Shown here piece by piece: positions 23,523 to 36,427 of a stretch of 64,000 bases of DNA. A program made the position numbers and the translations under genes. The DNA is from Stegostoma tigrinum. Its lineage: Eukaryota. The DNA lies in the NCBI RefSeq assembly GCF_030684315.1, contig NC_081389.1:22276648-22340647 (forward strand), given 5' to 3'. Below the pieces are notes generated by a model. The model searched no databases and was not told the origin of the DNA. It was given only the letters and a program-made list of their open reading frames with translations. Every line of letters begins with the position of its first letter. Position 1 is the first letter of the stretch.

Positions 23523-26500
23523 CTGTGAAGAATGCAGAGAAAGCAATCTTTAAAGCTTCAATGTAACTGTTGGCTTTGAATTAAAACTTTCACAGGTTCT
23601 GCCTACTGGTATGTTTTGAACTTTGAGTCAGTATTGCATCTCCTACTGTAATAGTGTAGTTTTCTCCATTTCTGATTGAATATGATCTTGAGTTGCTGTG
23701 AGAACATTCTCCCACCAGTCTGCATGGAAACTGTGTTGAAATTACTCATGCAGATGGAGAAATAATAAAGGTGAATGAAAAAGCAGCAAAATCTTTGCTT
23801 TTTCTGCACGTGCACGTTTTCTGTGCTCACTTGGTGATTTAATTATATTCTTTTAATTTGGCATCAGTGAAGGGATAAAAACTCCAGACATGGGTTTAAA
23901 TGTTAAAAAAAAAGGGAAGACTGACAGTAAGTCAGTATGGAAAGAACACCATTGTCACATCCTTGATCAAGGGCCTGGGATGAGAATCACTACAGCAATG
24001 GAAGGAGAAACACAGAATCCCTACAGTATGGAGGCAGGATGTGGCCCATTGAGCTCATACCGATCCCCTGAAGAGCATCCCATCCACACCCACCCCCTCT
24101 ATCCCATCCCTCCAGCCCTGCACTTCCTACGGCTGATCCACCTCGCCTGCCCATCTCTGGATACTATGGGTAACTTATCATGGCCAATCCACCTCGTCCC
24201 CCCCCCAACAATCTTTGGACCGTGGGAGAAAACTGGTTGCACCCAGAAGAGACCCAGCACCCCGATGAAATCTGGGCTCCGAACCCATGTCCAAGTTGCG
24301 TCAATCCCATAACGCTACTTCTGAAATGCAAATAGCTTCACTGGCCAGGATGTGGGTTTGGTGCTGAGTAAGTGGCTTTAAGCTGCTGCAGAAGGTGGGA
24401 TTGCCTCTTTACTATGAACAACAGAGGGGCTGTCATGCTGCAAACTGCCTCTGCCTTGCTGATTAGAGCAGGCAGCTCCTCTGGGGGATCATAGCCACAG
24501 ATGAGATGGGTAGGAGCACTAAAACAGAAGTTGCTGGAAAAGCTCAGCAAGTCTGCCAGCATCTGTGAAGAAAAAAAGTCAGAGTTTTAACATTTCGGGT
24601 CTGGTGATACTTCCTCAGTACTGCAGGTCTGGGTAGGAGCACTGCTCATAGTGTCGCAGCATAAATTTTAAAACCAATGACATGCAGTTTACCATGACCT
24701 CTTGATGAACCCAACATAAGACTGTTCGGGCTTGTCAGAAAAAAATTAAAATTCCAATCTCAAACGAGAGGCCCTTAACAAGCTCCTGACATGAACTGGT
24801 GGTGACCATGTTTCCGGCTCCTTCCCCACCAGCCAATCCTTTGAAAATTTGAAACTGTCCTGGAGCCACAGGAATTGCAAAACCACCTCCATGGGTTTGA
24901 TTTTTAATTCCTGCCCAGCCCAAGTCCTGGATCCGTTCAGAATGTGGCCTAGGATGTTCCAAAGTTTGAAGCTCAGTAAAGGTAAAGAGTGACAGTTATG
25001 GAAGAGACTCTCAGGGTAGTTGGTATTCGGAGGCAAGGTACAGTTTGTGCAACAGAATATTTAGGTTGCAAAGAGAAACTCACAACAACAATCTCTATTT
25101 ATAAAGAACTTTTAATATAATAAAACTGTGCCATGTAGCTTCCCAAGAATATCAGTGAGCGACAATGTGCTTTTAGTCAAAGTAAAAAAAAACAGAAACA
25201 GCAATATCTACATAAACAGTAAGAGGCCATTCAGCCCCTCAAATTCCACCATTCATTAAGATCATTTTAAGGGTTGTGGTGAGCAGGCAGGTAAATGGAG
25301 CTGAGTCTATGAAAGACCATCATGCTTTTATTGAATGGTGGAGTAGGCTCAAGGGGCCAGATGACCCACTCATACTCCTATTTCTTATGTTCTTGTCAAG
25401 GCTGATTGGAATCATAACTAAATTCACTTGCCTTGGATCTATTACCCTCATGGGCAGTCAAAAGCAGTTTTGTGGATACATATCTCATGTCAGAATATAT
25501 TACATTTCATTGATTTAACTTTTTTTGGTGAACTTATGCTGGGGCCAATTTCAGCAGTAACAACAGAGATCAGCCAACTCAACACAGGCAAGAATCAAAC
25601 TGCAACCGTTGAATGGAATTTTAATGGTTTTGTTGTTACATTGATGATGATAAAACTTCAGGGACAGAGAAAGGTACAAGTAACCGGATCTATGTAATAT
25701 CTTGTTTACAGCTGTGTAAGGGTTTCAGCTACCATAGGAGGGAAAAAAATTATGTAATGCTAAAACAGACAATCCATGTGAAGAAAAAATACTTTAGCAA
25801 GACAAAGTTTAAAAGAAACCCATATCATTTTCATTTATTTGGCTTAATTTGTTCAACTCTTAGCAGAATGCCTGAACATTCGTCAACCTTTGGCAAACTG
25901 TCCATCTTCCCTATTCAACCATGGATTGTGTAATGGAACCTGTTCAGACCCAGTACGGTGTCTCTGACTTCCTGCTGCCAACATGGAAATACATTTGTCT
26001 CTCTTCTTTGTTCATGCTCAGGTCCATTTATTTTTTTCCACCACATCCCACCCTGGGGAGAAGGAGTTTAAAAACATAAACTTCACAAGGTGGTGAAACC
26101 GTTCTCCAGCTTGAAGAGGTGGAAAGGGAATCCAGCAATCCGCTTCTCGAAATTAGTTCAGCCGTCTAACAAGGAAGAATTGGTGAAATTTGTTACTAAC
26201 TACTTTGCTGAAAGCACTGCCTCCAAATGGGACACAACTCCATGGATGCTAACCCCAGATTGTCATTCTGCCATACCCTGATAATCTCAGTGGTCTATCC
26301 TTGTCCATCCCTCAAGGAATCAATGTAGATTTTGATCTTTCTCTTTTTGCTATAAAAGTACTTTCTATTTCTACTATTCTCTTTTCAATCATGATTTCAG
26401 CTGAATGAAGAGTAGCCTTATTTTCATAGATCCCAATAATTCTCTTCATCCTCATGCATGCTGTAAGCATTAACTTAGAAATTCAATGTTATTTATATTT

Positions 26501-27000
26501 TGTCTCTGTAGATGACCTAACTGTTTGGCATCTTCTTCCCACATTCCCCCTTTTTGCACAATTTCATTTGTGCTAGAAAGAACAAGAAGGGTCTAGGCCT
26601 GAAATGTCAGCTTTCCAGCTCCTCTGATGCTGCTTGGCCTGCTGTGTTTATCCAGCTGTACACCTTGTTATCTCCCATTTATGATCTGTTTTAGATTAAT
26701 TATGGTTAACCATTGTGCCTACTTCAAAGATTACGTTATTTTCATAAAGCTCACCTTTTCTGTAATTTGGAACTCCCTGTCGGTTTCCAGGATCATTTGG
26801 TCCTACCAAACCGTATGATGTGATCAGCACCGCCCAGGTGTTCTGACATCAAATACAGGATCACCTCTAAATACCTGACTCATTACAAATCCAACCCTGG
26901 ATAAAAGCAGAGAGCTGCAGGACATCCAGCAGCAACTGCCATTTTTAAACCAAAAGGTTTGTGAACAGGCGATAGTCTCATGGAAGAATTTTAGATTTAC

Positions 27001-27259
27001 CTGTTGATATTGGACTGGAATAAGCTCAGTATATTTGCTCGTCTTGTTAAGTGAGCTCGTTGATTGATGGGGGCCCGGGCTGACACCACCGTCAGCCCAT
27101 GGCTTGCAGGGTTGATTACATTCATCTTCATGTTCCACATATTGGAGCCACTGCCTGTGGTGCTCACTCGTGCTGTACTCATTGGTATGTTGAGGCTGGT
27201 TCCACAATCTGATGGCATGCTCTTGCTTTGGTACCCTTTTGACTCTGTCAGGGAGTTTT
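27001..27259 (-). CDS. TTLL13: TTLL13-like C-terminal exon (ends at an AG|GTAAAT donor, or reads through to TAA at 26997-26999)
   Basis: tttctgtacag acceptor; phase 1 fits the upstream exon; reads ENSLTESKGYQ...GLTVVSARAPINQRAHLTRRANILSLFQSNINR. Confidence 0.6.
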
Positions 27260-29354
27260 CTGTACAGAAACATATTGCAGTCAATGGATTCCATTCTCAC
27301 CCTCCCTACCCCATCAATCCCCTTGCCCCTGATGTACCCTGGCTGCCCTTAGTGAAAGACTACCAATACATTTTTTTATATTACTTTTATTTCTAACAAA
27401 GACAGAACAGTAATGTGTACAGAATTGGTGTTCTCCAAAAGCATGTCATATTTTCCTCACTGAAGATGATAACATTGGAGAAGGGTGTATTTCAATATCG
27501 AAGATACTTTACTGTAAAGATAGGAACATATCAGTAAATAAGTTGGGTGGATAATATTGAATTTAAAGTTATGAAGATTGAAACACACAGGATTTAAAAC
27601 AGGAATTTCACCACACTGACGTGTAGTGTAGGAACTGGGAATTGCTGCAATATAAATAGTAATATGCTACAATAAACAGGGTGCATCAAAGGTTGTTCCT
27701 AACAAAGCTATGGCCTGGGGAAGGCAATGACGGGAAGTAAAAGTACGGTATAAAAATCCATAATTCATCTTTCCTGGTTTGCAATCAGGTCAAATAACTG
27801 ATTGGTCATAAAACACCAGAAGAAAGCAGGTCAGAGAGAAAATGGTGTATGAAAGTTGCAATATTTTCACTCAGCCAGAAAGGCAATGCAGTGTGTAAAT
27901 GGAAATTGAGAAGCCATTTTCACAGCTCCTTATTAAATCTACACAGGTCAGCTCCAGATGAGAGGCTGATGTGCTCTATGTTCAATGAGTCTTTAAGATT
28001 AATGTTTTAATTGCACTAAACAAAAGTGAATCACAGACCTGCTACTGACTGCAGCTTTTAGAATTGTTAAATTCTTTGTTAAAAGAGTAAAGTTATTAAA
28101 ACGGTAAAAACTTAGCCAGCGTCTTGTACCTTCCTTTGTGCATGTCTAGGCAAAAAGCATTAGCAACAAAGTCTGCCCTTGTTCTGGTTTAATAATCAAA
28201 CGCGTGCCAACAGGGGTCACTAGGATGATATTTAGAGCAGGACATTTCTTCTCTTAATCCAATGCCCTTTCCAGAGGAAAGACTGGATTACTTGAGATTT
28301 GGGGAGGTGATGGCAAAAAGGTGATCTTGTCAAAATCATCAGGGGTCTGGATAGTGTGAATAGGGAGAAATTGTTGCTTCTCATAAAAGGATTAAGAATC
28401 AGAGGCCATGGCTTTAAAATGTTTTGCAAGGTAAGAAAAATGATTTCACGCAGCTAATAATTTAAGGTGTGGAATGCACTCCCTCAAGTATGGTGGAGGC
28501 AGGTTCAATTGAGGCATTCATGGAGCATTGGATGGTTATTTAAACAGAAACAACACGCAGAGTTATGGGGAAAGGCAGGACATTGTCACTAAGTTAAAAT
28601 GCTTAGAGAGCCAATACATACACAAAGGGCCAAATGGCCTCCTTCTGCACCATGAAATCCTGTGATTTTAATATTCCAGCTGGGGTTACCATAGATAGGG
28701 TCTCTCTGACCTTCATAATTTAATTGCTATTAATAGATATAGAAAGTAGGAACAATGTGCACCACAGCAAACTTGGGGCTTAGAATGAAGTTAAGAAGTA
28801 TTGGCAGTAGTAGTACTGTATACTATTCATTTACCTGTTTCATGTTCAATAATTGTTCTCTAGTAGCTGAGCTGTGATCTGACAATGTAATGAATTTCGC
28901 TAAGCCAGAGTTCAATGGAAAGAGTTCTCTCTTTGAACGCTTACCTATTTATTGGGTGGAAAGAGGCACATCAGGGCCACTTATAACAGTAGCTTCTTGC
29001 ACTGAATCCAAGGACCATATTCAATAATATAACACAGTTACAGGGTAGCGATTAAGAGCAGGCTGGGCCCTTAGTGATTTCTGGGTAACAGAGGGCAACT
29101 CCCCATATACCTACCAGCACTGCCGCTAAAAACAGCTAATTCAATGCTGAAACAGATTTTACGCAGGAACCTAGTAAGGATGACTATAACCTACACCACG
29201 CAGTGCACTCTCACACAAAGATACTGACTGGGCACTTTGGAACAGAAGTGCATTCTGAAGCATATAACACAATTGCACACTTCACACCCCACACAGACAC
29301 ATACACAAACCCATAAAAACAAACACCTTGAGAATAACAGATCATTTTTCTTAC

Positions 29355-29724
29355 CAGAGCTTAATTTGGCACTTGGTGAACGAGGATAACTCATTCGTAA
29401 CTCTGTAGACCCTGCAGTTCTCGACGTGACAACAGTTTCAAATGACATTTGTAAAGGGTTCCCTGCTGTCCAAGTCAGACCCCTACGCATGGGACAGCGA
29501 TGGTTAAAGCGCTGAAGGGGGAGTCCAATTCCCAGACTGGGATTTCCCTTGTGGCTGATGGGAACCTGGCCTCTAGGATTCAGCAGTGTGGACCAGTTTA
29601 TGGTAGAAGGATTGAGGATCCCCAGCTCTGCCGTAGTATTCCTTTCGAAAGAGGATAAGGGACCAATGTATGCCAAACCTTCCATCTCCTGGAAGGGTCT
29701 ATACGAGGTTTGGTAAACCAATGA
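29355..29724 (-). CDS. TTLL13: TTLL13-like C-terminal exon
   Basis: 370 nt open, ttttctag acceptor and G|GTAAG donor, phase 0 to 1; reads SLVYQTSYRPFQEMEG...RRGLTWTAG...SAKLSS. Confidence 0.7.
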
Positions 29725-31144
29725 CTAGAAAATTAAAGAAATATAGAAGATGAGTGACAACAGGACACAAACACAACTTATACGAATCTTAAGTTATCTG
29801 TACATATCCTGGGTATATACACACTTTGGCTTTTTCACTTTCCTTTGTCTGGTTCCCCCATTGTAAGGGTGCTAACTCAGACTGATATATTTGCTAAGAC
29901 GGATAGATTGGGCATGAAGAGAATTGAGATTATTGGAATAGAGCAGAAAAGTGAGGTTAGTGTAGAAAATCAGCAGTGAGTTTTGTTGAATGGTGGAAGA
30001 AGCTTGAGGGGCTGCATGGTCTGCTTTTGCTCCTATTTCTTATGGTCTTGCATGTCACCACTAATTTGTCCAAGTCCCAGGTCACTGTAACAGTGAGAAT
30101 CACACATTTATTTAAGTATAGAAGGGATCGAGGTACATCCAAACATGTTCTGATAATACGTGGACACAGGATTTGAGACTAATTTGATAGATCTTTCAAA
30201 CACCTACGCGAGTAAAATGGTACAACTGGCCTTCTTCTGTCCTGTGAGGTTCTGTTCTATATTAAAATGCACAAATACCTGTGCAAATCAGTTCCCAAGC
30301 AGGAAACCCAGCATGTGGCAGTGTAGGCAGCTGGTTCATCTCTTGCTCTCGCCTTGGCTCTTGCCAGTCTGCAGCTGCATGCATTTCTAGCTTACAATCA
30401 CACAAATGTTACAGCAGAGTAGGCCATCCAGCCCATCAAACGTGCTGTTTCTCTGAAAGAGTAACTTTGCTAGACCCCTTGCCCAGCTGCGCGAAAGGAG
30501 TAGATGCAGATCATACAGCCCCTCAAGTCTGTTCCGTCATTCAAAAAGATCATTGCTGATTGCGTACATCAGCCCCACTTTCCAAACGCCTCTCATTAAA
30601 TCTCAATTCTGTTTGTGCCCAACTATCCATCCCAACAGGAACATATCGAACTATATTTTCTTATATGGTCATAGTCGATCTGAAACATCTGGGAATCAGT
30701 GAGTAGATTCACATCGTAATCCTTCTTATTGGTAATCCTCTCAGCTAATGATATCATTTGAGGAATCTTGCCCATAGGAAGATTTGGCAGAAGATAGGTG
30801 CAATATTAGAAACAGTAATGATAGTGAGTTACATTACAGCTAAAACACGATGGTCTATTGTGAGACATCATGCTCAACTTAAAAATAAGCACATTTTATA
30901 GCTAGCTACATAGTTAGTATTAGAACACCTCACATTGCAACAATTGATCACACATTAGTTACTCTTTAGAAAACTATTTCGTTCCCCCCAGGAAGAGTCT
31001 TTTATTTGCCGAAGAGCAGAGTTTATGTAATTATATCAATTCACCCTTTCAAGTACTAACTGTCTAATATGATATTTCCCCAAAGCTTCTTTTTCCAGTT
31101 AATAAAATTCTTTATGCAATTGCTTCAAATAAGTAAGTTTACCG

Positions 31145-33240
31145 CTACTCCATTCTGATTCTCCGGTCTCCGACTTTATAAATAGCTGGTGACTTGTTTG
31201 GTTTGAAAGTCTGCCATTTGAGGATGAATAATTCAGACAAATAATAATTAGTTGCTAATTTCAAATCTTTGCAGAGGACACCCTCTGGCATTGATGCCAC
31301 TGTAGAATGTTTTTATTTCCTGGGAGGATCTTCAGTTTCTCCTGAAATCATGTCAGAGAAATGGTTGCAATTCTGAAAGAAGAAATCTTTTTCTTCTGCC
31401 ATAACAATGCGCTCTCACCATTGTTTATTTTATTCTTATATGGTTTTGGATCACAATGTTATTTTATCAGATTCAATCACAGACAGTAGAACTGACTGCG
31501 CTGCTTTGGTACTGGTTCTTCTAAACAGATTGGCTGTATGAAGATCCACTACAAACTTCGGTGAGTGTGGTGTCAAGGGTATTCAATGAGCACATTTTGA
31601 AGATTTATTCCATGGTTGGAAGACAACTGGACAATTCCTCCAAACCTGTGCAGTCAGTAATATCTTGTGAACTCTCTGTCATGAAGCGTTGTCCTACATC
31701 AAAGTAATTAAAGTCAAGAGGTCAATACTTCCTCTTAGTATAGGTGAACATTCTTCTGAGACTTATGAAGACTTCCTCCTGCTCAGCAGAGTTATGTTGA
31801 TCACTGGTATTTGGTTTTTGAGCTGGTTGAGGTTCCTTAACATTCTGTAGCATTTTAAGAGTAAAGCACGCACTACCGCTTAGAAGTGAAAGATGTTGTT
31901 TTCTAATCTTGGTTTTGATAGTTTCAGAGCACTCTCAGCACTCCTTTGATTTTGAACACTGCTTGGCCTGCACTTTTCAGTTCTCTGTCAGGTGGCAGTA
32001 ATTTAATTCTGTTCAACCAAAGGATTTTTTTTCAGATAATACAGTAATAGTTGCTCTGATGATCAGTTTGAAATTTGTTGGATGACCATTAACAAAATGA
32101 TTCTATCATAGCTGATTCAAATGAGTCACTTATCACTCCCAGGAAAGGCTGATTGATATTTTCCAAAGATGGAATATTATAGAATGTTTTCTGATGAAGA
32201 AATGTCATAGTTTTCTGGATTTTCTTCCAAATATATTTGATATCAAAGAGTTAACCACCTGCAAAAGAGCATTATTAATTTTTTCTTAAACTTTTGCACA
32301 TTGTCTGGAAATGTCCCATCTTCTTACAGAAGTTGCAATGTCATGTTGAATCCTAGACATTGTTTCTGTTTATGTAGTTTTGTTTTAATTTCTCACCTGA
32401 AAAAACAACTTCTAGCAAAGGATAAAGATGTTTATATTCTTCTGGCTATACTCTTCTATTAAATCTTTCCATCTCCATCATACATTGATTACTTGATGTA
32501 AATTAATTCTTAAATGCTCCTACAATATTATCAAAGATACCTTCTCTTACATTCTGTCATTTTAAGACGTGAGCTGCTACTGAACCTACAGAATCAACAA
32601 ATGTGTTCACTTGTTTTTCATGGGTTTTTTCAGTTATTAAAATCTACATTAATTAAATTCTAAATGTTTCAAAGTCATCTTAACTGTTGAAAAAATGTTT
32701 TCAAGCATCTAAGGATTGTTAAAAACCTTTAAAATGGAGAAATGCTTCCTTTTTTAAAAGATTCTTGGGCTAGAATGTTTTTCTCAAATGTAAGAATGTT
32801 CATTGTTCCTGTAACTTACTTTGGGTGTTTGATATCAACGACCATGTCACAGGTTTAATATTCGGATTTTCTCCCTGGCAGTTCATATGAGACTCTCTAT
32901 AGTCTATAAAGGCTTCCCAACTGGAGTCATTATTTCTGGTTCTTTTGATCTTCTGCCAGCAGATTTAGTACTGCTATCAGTGCTACTTGTTTTAAAAACT
33001 ACTAGCTGCTACATTCACTGAAACTGACGAGCTCTTCATGTTTTGGGACTGCTAAGTACTTAACAACACCCTGACATTTTTCAGACTGATTTTATTCTTC
33101 TTTTATCTGTTCAGATGTTTTTTTCCAGAATTGAAGATTTCCTCAGGCTGGCATTGCATGTCAACAACTGTACGCTGTTCACCATCTTGTACTGTCATGG
33201 ATGTGTCTTCCTGAACCATCTGAAGTACTTTTTAATATCG
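31145..33240 (-). mobile_element. Decayed Gypsy-derived gag-knuckle/protease element lacking RT, in a TTLL13 intron
   Basis: Perfect CX2CX4HX4C CNFCKKMGHFQTMC at 32296-32337; FVNGHPTNFKLIIRATITVLSE at 32031-32096 (retropepsin with DTG lost); then WLNRIKL.. and LSLLSGSAC. Flanked by long stop-interrupted coding-like frames. Confidence 0.7.
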
Positions 33241-34221
33241 ATTAACTGTCACCAATCTTTCTTAGTCTACACTACTGATACCATTTAAGGAACGACGCCC
33301 ACAAAGTTTTCAGCAGAAATTAGGCTCCAATCATAATAAACAGTAAAAATTTATTTCACAGCACTTAGTGACGATTTACATTACATCTAAGAAACATAAT
33401 GGTCTCTTATAAGATCTCACATTCAACTTAAGAATAAATATGCACTAAGCAAGTCCCTGAATGCTAATGCTAGAACAACTGCAACACTTGATCATACATT
33501 AGCAATCTATTAGAAAACTGGTTAGTTTGACCCAGGAACAGTCCTTTATACCTTGACTGGCAGAGCTTATCTCATGATGTCAGTTAATCATTTCCAGTAC
33601 AGACTGTCTTGTATAAAGCAGCAGCCTCACGCTGAAGAAAATCAGTCAAACAAAAATGAACATTACGAACATATTTCAGTTGACCTAGGATGTGTACAAG
33701 TGGGTGTGGTTTTGTTTGGTAAATCTTAGGTGATTATTTAATATCCTCTTCAAATTCATGATTAAATCTGCCTCCACCTCACACTTGGGCATCTCTTTCA
33801 GACTGTAACTACTCACTGTGCGAGAGATTTTTCTATATATTGCCTCTGGTTCTTCAATATTTGACAGGTGTTTACAAGATCATGAGAGCTGAACAGAGCA
33901 GTTAGAGAGAAAACGTTCCTATCCATGTAGGAAACATGAAAGAAAGGGCACAGATTCGAAGTAATTTGCAAAAACCTTTTCACACAGTGAGTGATTCAAG
34001 TCTTTGGCACATTTCCTGATAATGTGGTAATGTTAAGTTTAATCGAAGTATTATTTGAATAGAAAAAACATGCAGGGTTCTGGGAAAAGGTACTAATTCA
34101 CAGTGTAGAAATCATAGAATCTTCACAGTGTGGAAACAGGCCATTCAGCCCAACAAGTCAACACAACCCTTCTGAAGGACATCCCACCCAGATCCATCCC
34201 CCTACCCTATCTTTGCAATTT

Positions 34222-36427
34222 CATAGAACATAGAACATAGAACATTACAGCACAGTACAGGCCCTTCAGCCCTCGATGTTGTGCCAACCTGTCATACCAA
34301 TCTGAAGCCCATCTAACTTACACTATTCCATGTACGTCCATATGCTTGTCCAATGACGACTTAAATGCACTTAAAGTTGGCGAATCTACTACCATTGCAA
34401 GCAAAGCGTTCCATACCCTTACTACTCTCCAAGTAAAGAAACTACCTCTGACATCTGTCCTATATCCTTCACCCCTTAATTTAAAGCTATACCCCCTCGT
34501 GCCCGCCGTCACCATCCTAGGAAAAAGGGTCTCCCTATCCACCCTATCTAACCCTCTGATTATCTTATATGTCTCAATTAAGTCACCTCTCAACCTTCTT
34601 CTCTCTAATGAAAACAGCCTCAAGTCCCTCAGCCTTTCCTTGTAAGGCCTTCCCTCCATACCAGGCAACATCCTAGTAAATCTCCTCTGCACCCTTTCCA
34701 AAGCTTCCACATCCTTCTTATAATGCAGTGACCAGAACTGTACGCAATATTCCAAGTGCAGCCGCACCAGAGTTTTGTACAGCTTCACCATAACCTCATG
34801 GTTCCGGAACTCGATCCCTCTGTTAATAAAAGCTAAAACACTGTATGCCTTCTTAACAGCCCTGTCAACCTGGGTGGCAACTTTCAAGGATCTGTGTACA
34901 CGGACACCGAGATCTCTCTGCTCATCTACACTATCAAGAATCTTACCATTAGCCCTGTACTTTGCGTTCCAGTTACTCCTACCAAAGTGCATCACATCAC
35001 ACTTGTCCGCATTAAACTCCATTTGCCACCTCTCAGCCCAGCTCTGCAGCTTATCTATGTCTCTGTAACCTACAACATCCTTCTTCACTATCTACAACTC
35101 CACCGACCTTAGTGTCGTCTGCAAATTTATTAACCCATCTTTCTATGCCCTCATGCAGGTCGTTTAAAAAAATGACGAGCAGCAGTGGACCCAACACTGA
35201 CCCTTGTGATACACCACTAGTAACTGGTCTCCAGGATGAACATTTCCCATCAACTACCACCCTCTGTCTTCTTTCAGCAAGCCAATTTCTGATCCAAACT
35301 ACTATATCTCCCACAATCCCATTCCTCCGCATTTTGTACAATAGCCTACTGTGGGGAACCTTATCAAACACCTTGCTGAAATCCATATACACCACATCAA
35401 CCGGTTTACTCTCATCTACCTGTTTGGTCATCTTCTCAAAGAACTCAATAAGGTTTGTGAAGCACGACCTACCCTTCACAAAACCGTGCTGACTATCCCT
35501 AATCAAATTAATCTTTTCTAGATGATTGTAAATCCTATCTCTGTAACCTTTTCCAACACTTTACCAACAACTGAAGTAAGGCTCACTGGTCTCTAATTAC
35601 CAGGGTTGTCTCTAATCCCCTTCTTGAACAGGGGAACCACATTTGCTATCCTCCAGTCTTCTGGCACTATTCCTGTAGACATTGACAAGTTAAAGATCAA
35701 TGCCAAAGGCTCGGCAATCTCCTCCCTGGCTTCCCAGAGGATCCTAGGATATATCCCATCTGGCCCAGAGGACTTAACTATTTTCGCACTCTGTAGGATT
35801 TCTAATATCTCTTCCTTGTGAATCTCAATCCCACCTAGTCTGGTAGCCTCTATCTCAGTATTCTCCTCGACAACATTGTCGTTTTCTAGAGTGAACACTG
35901 TCGAAAAATATTCATTTAGTGCTTCCCCTATCTCTTCTGACTCCACACACAACTTCCCACTACTATCCTTGATTGACCCTAATCTTACTCTCGTCATTCT
36001 TTTATTCCTTAAATACCTATAGGAAGCCTTAGGCTTTACCCTGATCCTATCCGCCAACAACTTCTCATGTCTCCTCCTGGCTCTTCTGAGCTCTCTCTTT
36101 AGGTCTTTCCTGGCTACCTTGTAACCCTCAAGCACCCTAATTGAGCCTTCACATCTCATGCTAACATAAGCCTTCTTCTTCCTCTTGACCAGAGATTCCA
36201 CTTCCTTTGTAAACCACTGCTCCCATGCTCTACAGGTTCCCTCCTGCCTGACAGGTACATACTTATCTAGGACACACAGGAGCTTTTCCTTGAATAAGCT
36301 CCACATTTCTAATGTGCCCATCCCCTGCAGTTTCCTTCCCCATCCTATGGTCCCTAAATCTTGCCTAATCTCATCGTAATTGCCTTTCCCCCAGCTATAA
36401 CTCTTGCCCAGTGGTATACACCTCTCC
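34222..36427 (-). mobile_element. 5'-truncated CR1 LINE (ORF2 reverse transcriptase) inserted inside a HE1-like SINE
   Basis: ORFs 35593-36447, 35051-35506 and 34318-35088 give [47 protein letters not shown]; premature stop N*RPVSL and frameshifts; (TTCTATG)n tail. SINE halves at about 34090-34221 and 36428-36650. Confidence 0.95.

Noticed and set aside
26824-27300. 158-aa ORF as the coding frame of this exon
   Set aside because: The splice phase from the upstream exon selects the alternative frame (ENSLTESK...).
34346-35492. Plus-strand ORFs overlapping the CR1
   Set aside because: Typical antisense frames of CR1 ORF2.
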